Below, piece by piece: positions 8,600 through 16,519 of a stretch of 32,000 bases of DNA. Position 1 is the first letter of the stretch; the number at the start of each line of letters is the position of its first letter. Below the pieces are notes generated by a model, which was not told the DNA's origin, ran no database searches, and saw only the letters and a program-made list of their open reading frames with translations. The stretch comes from Methylorubrum extorquens (GTDB lineage Bacteria > Pseudomonadota > Alphaproteobacteria > Rhizobiales > Beijerinckiaceae), in NCBI GenBank assembly GCA_900234795.1, contig LT962688.1:810001-842000 (forward strand), written 5' to 3'. The position numbers were made by a program, and so were the translations under genes.

Positions 8600-8720
8600 T
8601 CTTGATTGCTCCCTAGCGAGAGCCCTGCTACAGGGATGGCCGACCCGGCCGGGTGAACCGGCCGATGCGCCGGAACGATTGGCCGTTTCGCGCCGGCCAC
8701 GACTGAAAAGGGATACCGAG

Positions 8721-10127
<1,407 letters not shown>

Positions 10128-10198
10128 TCGGCCTTCGGGCCTCCGGCTTCCGCGCAGGAAGTCGGAGGCCCGGTGCCGCTCAGGTCAAGATTCGCGAG

Positions 10199-10232
10199 GA
10201 AGCCCGGCCCATGGCCGGGCTTCTTTGCGTTT
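10199..10232 (+). terminator. Rho-independent terminator downstream of ahcY.
   Basis: GAAGCCCGGCC-cat-GGCCGGGCTTC followed by TTTGCGTTT. A second GC-rich hairpin without a T-tract lies just upstream at 10137-10171 (GGGCCTCCGGCTTCC...GGAAGTCGGAGGCCC). Confidence 0.7.
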
Positions 10233-10616
10233 GAGCGACATCCGCCGCTGGGGCGGCGGGCGACAGGTGTCGCCGCGAACCTGCTTTGGCGGTCACCGCG
10301 GCCGCGCGAAGTCAGATTCCGGCCGTGGCCCGGCGCCCCGAAAGTCTTAGAAATTCGTCAAGTCCCGATTTCGGTGGTGTGGCTTTTGGGTGCTGTGTGG
10401 CGCCGGAATGCAGGGCCGACGGGTTCCGGGCCATAATGGCGCTTCCAGGCGGAATCGACCCCGCGTTACAGTGGCGCGAATCTTCGGAAGCAGGTGCCCG
10501 CGCGGCGGCGGCAAGCCGGTCGCGGCAGCGGGTGTTTGCCCGGTGCGGTCCGGGAGCTTTCCAGGCGTGGGCCCGACGGCCTGCGGAGTGTGCCGGGTTT
10601 GGGGTGGGGGCGGGAC

Positions 10617-13145
10617 ATGGGTCTGGAACGGGCGGCGCGCGCCCTGTCGCGCGTCGGCGTCCTCGTCGTCGCGGCACCGGTCGCGGCACTCGCCGAGGGC
10701 GCTCCGTCCATCGAAGCGAGGCCGATGCTGGGAGCGATGCAGACGCACAACGTTGCCGGCCTCGCCGTCGTCCTCGGCCTGATCCTGTTCGCGACCATCC
10801 TGTCGCTGGTCTACCTGCGCGAGCGCGTTGGCTGGACGCGCAAGGAGCGCGCGCTTCAAGACGAACTCGCCCATCTGCGCGGCGCGCACGACCGGGCGGA
10901 GATGCTGCTCCATTCCGAGCGTCAGGTTCTCGTCGCCTGGGCCGGGCGCGGCGAGCCGTCGATCGTCGGCGATGCGGGCTTTGCCCAAGATCTTCGAAAT
11001 CAGGATCTCCGCGGCCAGGATTCGGGCGGGCTTCAGGGCGGCTCCCGGCATCTGCTCGCCTTCGGCACGTGGCTCGCGCCGCAGGACGCGCAGCTGCTCG
11101 ACTCCGCCGTCGCGACGCTGCGCGAGCGCGGCACCGGCTTCCGGATGAACCTGCGCAGCCTGGCTGGGCGCTACATCGAGGCACAGGGTCAGGCGGTCGG
11201 CGGGCGGGCGCTGCTGCGCCTGCGCGAGACCACCGACGAGCGCCGTGAGCTGATCGAGCTGCGCCACACCCTGGAGGAGGCCAAGCGCGGCCTGTCCGCG
11301 CTGGCGGGCCTGCTCGACGCGCTGCCGCAGCCGATTTGGCACCGGAGCCCGGACGGGGCGCTCGCCTTCGTCAACGCGGCCTACGCCGCCGCCGTGGAGG
11401 CCCCGAACCGCGAGGCCGCCCTGAGCCACGGGCTCGAACTGCTCGACCGGAGCGCCCGCGAGCAAATCGTCCGGCAGGCGCGCCGGCCGGGTCTCCCCGC
11501 CAAGGCCCTGCGCCTCTCGGCGGTGGTGGCGGGTGCGCGCCGCACCCTCGATGTCAGCGAGAGCACGCTGGAAGCCGGCCGGGTCGGCATCGCCGTCGAT
11601 GTCTCGGAGCTGGAAAGCGTGCGGGCCGACCTGCAGCGCCAGATGGACGCCAACGTCCGCACCCTCGACCAATTGCCGACCGCGGTGGCGATGTTCGACG
11701 CGCGCCAGCGCCTGATCTTCCACAACGCCGCCTACCAGCGCCTGTGGGATCTCGACCCGGCCTTCCTCGAAGGCCGCCCGCTCGACGGCGAGATCCTCGA
11801 CCGCCTGCGCGCCGCGCGCAAACTGCCCGAGCAGGCCGATTTCCGTTCGTGGAAGACCGATGTCCTGGCCGCCTACCGCGCGGTCGAGCCCACCGACACG
11901 CCCTGGTACCTGCCCGACGGGCGGACGCTGCGTGTCGTCGCCGACCCCAACCCGCAGGGCGGCCTGACCTATCTCTACCACGACGTCTCGGAGAGCATGA
12001 AGCTCGCCTCGCGCTACGACGCGCTGATGAAGGAGCAGGCCGAGACCCTGGAAGCCCTCAAGGAGCCGGTGGCGGTGTTCGGCGCCGACGGGCGCCTCAC
12101 AGTGGCCAACCGCGCCTTCGCCGCGACCTGGCGCCTCGACCCGGCGACGCTGGCGGGCAAGCCGCATGTCGATGCGGTGATCGCCGCCTGCCGGGCGCTG
12201 ACCCCGGACCAGAGCCCCTGGGCCGGCATCCGCCAATCGGTCACCGGCCTGTCCGAGACCCGCAGCGGCCATGGCTGCCGCCTCGACATCAACGACGGCA
12301 CGGTGCTCGATTGCTCCTCGCAGCCGCTGCCGCTCGGCGCGACGCTGCTGACCTTCATCGACGTCACCGCGAGCGCCAACGTAGAGCGGGCTCTGACGGA
12401 GAAGAACGACGCCCTGGAGCGCGCCTCGCAACTGCGCGACACCTTCGTCCACCACGTCTCCTACGAACTGCGCTCGCCGTTGACCAACATCATCGGCTTC
12501 ACCCAGCTTCTCGGCGACGAGACCGTCGGCGCCCTGAACGAGCGCCAGCGCGAATATTCCGAGCACATCATGCGCTCGTCGGCCGCGCTGCTCGTCATCA
12601 TCAACGACATCCTCGACCTCGCCTCGATCGATGCCGGCTCGCTCGAACTTCAGCGCGAAACGATCGACGTGCGCGCCACCGTGGAAGCCGCCGTCCGCGG
12701 CATCGAGGACCGTCTGGCGGAATCCGATATCGGCCTCGACCTCGACGTGCCGGAGGGTGTCGGCAGCGTGTTCGCCGACGGCAAGCGGGTGCGTCAGATC
12801 CTGTTCAACCTGCTCTCCAACGCGGTCGGCTTTTCCGCGCCCGGCCAGCAGGTCCGCGTCGAGGCGCGGCGCGAGGGGCGGGAATTGCGGCTGACGGTGA
12901 CCGATCGCGGCCGCGGCATCGCGCCCGAGGTCATCGACCGGGTGTTCGACCGCTTCGAGAGCAACACGCTGGGCACCAAGCATCGCGGTGTCGGGCTGGG
13001 CCTCTCGATCGTGCGCTCCTTCGTCGAGCTGCACGGCGGACGAGTCGAGATCCACTCGGCACCCGGCACGGGTACCCGCGTCACCTGCCTGTTCCCGGTC
13101 GAGCCGCCGCCGGGCAATGGCGGGCTCGCCGAGGCCGCCGAGTAG
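10617..13145 (+). CDS. Membrane-anchored PAS-domain sensor histidine kinase (HisKA + HATPase_c), with no adjacent response regulator.
   Basis: H-box is FVHHVSYELRSPLTNIIGFTQLL. N and G boxes are LFNLLSNAVGF, DRGRGI and GVGLGLSIV. Several PAS-like repeats are present (QLPTAVAMFDARQRLIFHNAAYQRLW; EPVAVFGADGRLTVANRAFAATW), plus a TM segment GLAVVLGLILFATILSLVYL. I chose the ATG at 10617; the track ORF starts at the GTG at 10494. Confidence 0.85.
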   Translation: MGLERAARALSRVGVLVVAAPVAALAEGAPSIEARPMLGAMQTHNVAGLAVVLGLILFATILSLVYLRERVGWTRKERALQDELAHLRGAHDRAEMLLHSERQVLVAWAGRGEPSIVGDAGFAQDLRNQDLRGQDSGGLQGGSRHLLAFGTWLAPQDAQLLDSAVATLRERGTGFRMNLRSLAGRYIEAQGQAVGGRALLRLRETTDERRELIELRHTLEEAKRGLSALAGLLDALPQPIWHRSPDGALAFVNAAYAAAVEAPNREAALSHGLELLDRSAREQIVRQARRPGLPAKALRLSAVVAGARRTLDVSESTLEAGRVGIAVDVSELESVRADLQRQMDANVRTLDQLPTAVAMFDARQRLIFHNAAYQRLWDLDPAFLEGRPLDGEILDRLRAARKLPEQADFRSWKTDVLAAYRAVEPTDTPWYLPDGRTLRVVADPNPQGGLTYLYHDVSESMKLASRYDALMKEQAETLEALKEPVAVFGADGRLTVANRAFAATWRLDPATLAGKPHVDAVIAACRALTPDQSPWAGIRQSVTGLSETRSGHGCRLDINDGTVLDCSSQPLPLGATLLTFIDVTASANVERALTEKNDALERASQLRDTFVHHVSYELRSPLTNIIGFTQLLGDETVGALNERQREYSEHIMRSSAALLVIINDILDLASIDAGSLELQRETIDVRATVEAAVRGIEDRLAESDIGLDLDVPEGVGSVFADGKRVRQILFNLLSNAVGFSAPGQQVRVEARREGRELRLTVTDRGRGIAPEVIDRVFDRFESNTLGTKHRGVGLGLSIVRSFVELHGGRVEIHSAPGTGTRVTCLFPVEPPPGNGGLAEAAE

Positions 13146-13234
13146 GACCGGGCGCTCACGGGATCGGGATCAGGTTGGCCGCCGCCGAGGGGGCAGGGCT
13201 CACCGGAGCCGGCAAAAATGGTTAAACATCTCCT

Positions 13235-13350
13235 GCTAGAGCGCCTTCCCACGACGTGACCACCGGTTCGTCGAAAGAAGGCGCGTCGAAACAAGGGGCT
13301 AGAGACGCCGGCCTGATGCAATCGGGTCGGATACGGCTCTAGAAGGGCGG
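13235..13350 (+). repeat. Dispersed intergenic repeat, copy B.
   Basis: Sequence is gctagagcgccttcccacgacgtgaccaccggttcgtcgaaagaaggcgcgtcgaaacaaggggctagagacgccggcctgatgcaatcgggtcggatacggctctagaagggcgg. It has a short terminal inverted repeat, TAGAGC...GCTCTA. Confidence 0.8.
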
Positions 13351-13424
13351 AGGCTTCACCCTGATCGGGGTGGCCGTTCGCGGTGTTGCGGAGGATTGGG
13401 GCGGTGAGCGAGGATCCGGACGGC

Positions 13425-15032
13425 ATGGCGGGAAGCCCGCAGCCCGGCCCGTCGCAGGGCGAGGTCCAAACACCAGCGGCGCCGCGTCGCGCGGCCTGGG
13501 AGGTGTTGCTGCCCGAGGAGGGCGCGACCGAGGACATGGCCGCCTTCCTCGCCGGCATCCTCCGGCCCGGCGACCTCGTCGCCCTGTCCGGCGGGCTCGG
13601 CGCGGGCAAGACCACGCTCGCCCGCGCGATGATCCGCGAGTTGGCCGGCGATCCGCGGCTCGAAGTGCCGAGCCCGACCTTCACCCTGATCCAGCCCTAC
13701 GAGACCCGCTCCGGCGGCGCGGTGATCCACGCTGACCTCTACCGACTGCGCGGCCCGGACGAGTTGGTGGAACTCGGCTTCGACGAACTCTCCGAGACCG
13801 CGATCACCCTGGTCGAGTGGCCCGAGCGCCTGGGCGCGCGCGACAACCCGACGCTCACCGTCGAGCTGTCACTGCGGGCCGAGTTCGGCGAGGAGGCCCG
13901 CCTCGTGCGGATCGACGGCACGCCCGAGATGCGCGAGCGGGTGGCACGCGCCCGCGCCGTCCGGGCCCTGCTCGCCCGCAGCGGATGGGACGAGGCCGAC
14001 CGGGTGCTGATGCAGGGCGATGCCTCGTCGCGCGCCTACGAGCGGCTGGTGAAGCCGAGTGGCGAGACCGCCGTGCTGATGATCTCGCCGCCCCGGCCCG
14101 ACGGGCCGCCGGTGAAGGACGGGAAGCCCTACAGCGCCGTGGTCAAGCTCGCCGAGAGCGTCCACGCCTTCGTCGGCATGGACCGGGCGCTGCGCGCGAT
14201 CGGCTTCTCCGCGCCGAAGATCCTGGGCGAGAACCTCGAGGCCGGCCTGCTGATCCTGGAAGATCTCGGCGCCGAGCCGGTGACCGAGAACGGCACGCCG
14301 CGCCCCGAGCGCTACGCGGAAGCCGTCCGGCTGCTGGCCAAGCTCCACGCCACCGACCTACCCAGCGCCGTGCCGGTGAGCGAGGGGATCGACCACGTCA
14401 TCCCGCCCTACGACCTCGAAGCCCTACTGTTCGAGGCAGAGCTGCTGCCCGAGTGGTACGCCCCCGCGATCCGCGGCACGACGCTGTCACCGGAGGCGCG
14501 CAGCGCCTTCCGCGACCTGTGGACCGATGCGCTGAAAGACCTGATCGCCGAGCCCGCCACCTGGACCCTGCGCGACTACCACTCGCCCAACCTGATCTGG
14601 CTCCCCGAGCGGACCGGGCTTGAGAGGGTCGGAGTCATCGACTTCCAGGACGCGGTGATGGGGCATCCGGCCTACGACGTCGCCTCGCTCCTCCAGGACG
14701 CGCGGGTCGATGCCAGCGCCGATTTCGAGCTGCGCCTGCTCGGCCTCTACATCCGGGAGCGCCGCGGCCGGGATATCGGCTTCGACATGCAAGCCTTCGC
14801 CCGTGCCTACGCGGTGCTGGCGGCGCAGCGCGCCACCAAGATCCTCGGCATCTTCGCCCGGCTCGACAAGCGCGACGGCAAGCCGGGCTACCTCGCCCAC
14901 CTGCCGCGGATCGAGGGCTATCTCGCGCGCAACCTCGCCCACCCGGCGCTGGCCTCGGTGCGGGCGTGGCACGAGACTCACCTGCCGAGCCTCGTCGCCC
15001 CGCGGCCGGACGCCGATCCCGCCGCGTCCTGA
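13425..15032 (+). CDS. tsaE: Fusion protein: TsaE (tRNA t6A37 ATPase, YjeE family) N-terminal domain joined to an aminoglycoside-phosphotransferase-fold kinase (AmgK-like MurNAc/GlcNAc kinase) C-terminal domain.
   Basis: The TsaE part carries the P-loop LSGGLGAGKTTLAR, then SPTFTL and HADLYRL. The kinase part has LRDYHSPNLIWL...VIDFQDA (APH-type catalytic and Mg-binding motifs). The whole is a single uninterrupted frame. The start is either ATG 13425 or GTG 13383. Confidence 0.8.
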   Translation: MAGSPQPGPSQGEVQTPAAPRRAAWEVLLPEEGATEDMAAFLAGILRPGDLVALSGGLGAGKTTLARAMIRELAGDPRLEVPSPTFTLIQPYETRSGGAVIHADLYRLRGPDELVELGFDELSETAITLVEWPERLGARDNPTLTVELSLRAEFGEEARLVRIDGTPEMRERVARARAVRALLARSGWDEADRVLMQGDASSRAYERLVKPSGETAVLMISPPRPDGPPVKDGKPYSAVVKLAESVHAFVGMDRALRAIGFSAPKILGENLEAGLLILEDLGAEPVTENGTPRPERYAEAVRLLAKLHATDLPSAVPVSEGIDHVIPPYDLEALLFEAELLPEWYAPAIRGTTLSPEARSAFRDLWTDALKDLIAEPATWTLRDYHSPNLIWLPERTGLERVGVIDFQDAVMGHPAYDVASLLQDARVDASADFELRLLGLYIRERRGRDIGFDMQAFARAYAVLAAQRATKILGIFARLDKRDGKPGYLAHLPRIEGYLARNLAHPALASVRAWHETHLPSLVAPRPDADPAAS

Positions 15033-15065
15033 ACGCTTCTTTTCAAACGGACCGGCCGAGGCGGC

Positions 15066-15812
15066 ATGAGCGCTGAACCCACCCCCAAAAACGTCACCCG
15101 CGCCTTCGTGCTCGCGGCGGGCCTGGGCAAGCGTATGCGCCCGATCACCGCGACGGTGCCGAAGCCCCTGGTCGAGGTCGCCGGCAAGGCGTTGATCGAC
15201 CACGCCCTCAACCGGGCGGCGGCGGGCGGCATCGAGACCGCGGTGGTCAACGTCCACTGGCTCGCCGACCTGATGGAGGGCCATCTCTCCCACCGCACCG
15301 GCGCGCCGGCCATCGTCGTCTCCGACGAGCGGGACGCGCTGTTGGAGACCGGCGGCGGCGTGAAGAAGGCGCTCGACCACTTCAACGGTGAGCCCTTCGT
15401 GGTGTTCAACTCGGATTCGTTCTGGCTGGAGGGGCCGCGGCCCAATCTCGGCCGGCTGATCGAAGCCTGGGATCCCGACACGACGGACATCCTGCTCCTC
15501 GTCGCCCCGACCGCGACGAGCCTCGGCTACGATGGGGCGGGCGACTTCTACATGGACTCCGACGGCCGGCTGAGCTGGCGTGGCGAGCGCGAGGTCGCGC
15601 CCTTCATCTATGCCGGCGTGGCGATCCTGAAGCCGGAGCTGTTCGCCGACACGCCGGAGGGGTCGTTCTCCCTGACCCTGCTGTTCGACCGGGCGATCAA
15701 ACGCAACCGGCTCCAGGGCCTGCGCCTCGACGGGCAGTGGCTGCATGTCGGCACGCCGGAGGCGATCGAGGCCGCCGAGGCGCGGGTGCGGGACAGCGCG
15801 CGGATCGTTTGA
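15066..15812 (+). CDS. murU: Sugar-1-phosphate nucleotidyltransferase, MurU-like (N-acetylmuramate-1-phosphate uridylyltransferase).
   Basis: Has the N-terminal nucleotidyltransferase motif FVLAAGLGKRMRPITATVPKPLVEV. It lies immediately downstream of the AmgK-like kinase domain, the known amgK-murU pairing. The start is ATG with gagg upstream. Confidence 0.8.
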   Translation: MSAEPTPKNVTRAFVLAAGLGKRMRPITATVPKPLVEVAGKALIDHALNRAAAGGIETAVVNVHWLADLMEGHLSHRTGAPAIVVSDERDALLETGGGVKKALDHFNGEPFVVFNSDSFWLEGPRPNLGRLIEAWDPDTTDILLLVAPTATSLGYDGAGDFYMDSDGRLSWRGEREVAPFIYAGVAILKPELFADTPEGSFSLTLLFDRAIKRNRLQGLRLDGQWLHVGTPEAIEAAEARVRDSARIV

Positions 15813-15873
15813 CCGGCATCCCCGTTGTCGGGGCTCTGAGACAGGGTTTATCGGGCAGGGTTTCGTTCACGCC

Positions 15874-16323
15874 ATGGGCCTTCTTCACGACGCAGTCGAG
15901 CGCTTCCGCACCACCCTCAAGGCCTATGCCGGCGACGAGACGCTGATGCAGGCGGCGGTCTCGGCCTGCGCCAACGTCGCGGTTGCCGATGGCGAGCTGA
16001 TGACCGAGGAATTCGAGACGGCGCTCGCCGGCATCCGGGCGAACCCGATCATCGAGAAGGGCTACGACAGCCTGATGCTGGAACACGCGCTCTACGAGGG
16101 GCTCGGCCGCGCCCGCACCCGTGCCGGCCGCGCGGAGAACCTCGTGCGGATCGGCGCGATCGCCGAGCGGCCGGAGGAGCAGCGCCGCAACGTCTTTCTC
16201 ATCGCCGCCGATGTGGCCGACCACGAGGGCATCGGCCGGGAGGAGCACGCGGCCCTGGCCGAAGTCGGCGCCGCCCTCCGGCTCAACGGCGACGCGTTGC
16301 TGAGGCGTTTTCCGGAGGTGTGA
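15874..16323 (+). CDS. TerB-like (tellurite-resistance TerB family) small protein, 149 aa.
   Basis: Starts at ATG 15874 with MGLLHDAVERF... Contains ACANVAVADGELMTEEFE and a second half-repeat, LIAADVADHEGIGREEHAAL, which resembles the TerB two-fold pattern. The family assignment is from memory, not from a search. Confidence 0.55.
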   Translation: MGLLHDAVERFRTTLKAYAGDETLMQAAVSACANVAVADGELMTEEFETALAGIRANPIIEKGYDSLMLEHALYEGLGRARTRAGRAENLVRIGAIAERPEEQRRNVFLIAADVADHEGIGREEHAALAEVGAALRLNGDALLRRFPEV

Positions 16324-16339
16324 GCCGGGGTCCGAGCAT

Positions 16340-16370
16340 CCCCCTCTCCCCGTACGAGGGGTGAGGGGGG
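16340..16370 (+). terminator. GC-rich hairpin downstream of the TerB-like gene (terminator or REP-like; no T-tract).
   Basis: CCCCCTCTCCCC-gtacga-GGGGTGAGGGGG, an 11-12 bp stem with one mismatch. Confidence 0.35.
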
Positions 16371-16519
16371 AATCCCTGCGGCACTGGATCGTCGAAAAAT
16401 CACCGGTCCCGCTCATCCCCCCTTAAGCTTCTTTCTCAAGCGCCGCTTCACGCGCGGCTGGCACTGTCGCTCCCCTGACGAGCCGGCTTCCGGCCTCGGC
16501 CGGACTTTGGGGGACCGAC

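Larger units (their letters stand above)
7622..8606. other. AT-rich island (compositional anomaly) between the acyl-CoA synthetase stop and the ahcY leader.
   Basis: Composition drops abruptly right after the stop at 7624. I counted 12 G+C in the 60 nt at 8161-8220 and 16 in the 60 nt at 7861-7920, against GC-rich flanks. The stretch 8450-8575 is GC-rich again. Confidence 0.85.

Noticed and set aside
8600-8720. Possible SAH riboswitch upstream of ahcY.
   Set aside because: I looked for the conserved SAH-riboswitch elements as I remember them (GAGGAGCG...CAGGCUCGG...AACGGCGCUCAC pseudoknot core) and found none. The leader is hairpin-rich but does not match. A covariance-model scan (Rfam RF01057) would be decisive.
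10975-11035. Short imperfect tandem repeat in the sensor kinase (QDLRNQDLRGQD; caagatcttcgaaatcaggatctccgcggccaggat).
   Set aside because: It has only about 2.5 units, lies in-frame within a predicted linker of a clearly intact kinase, and gives no indication of a separate function.
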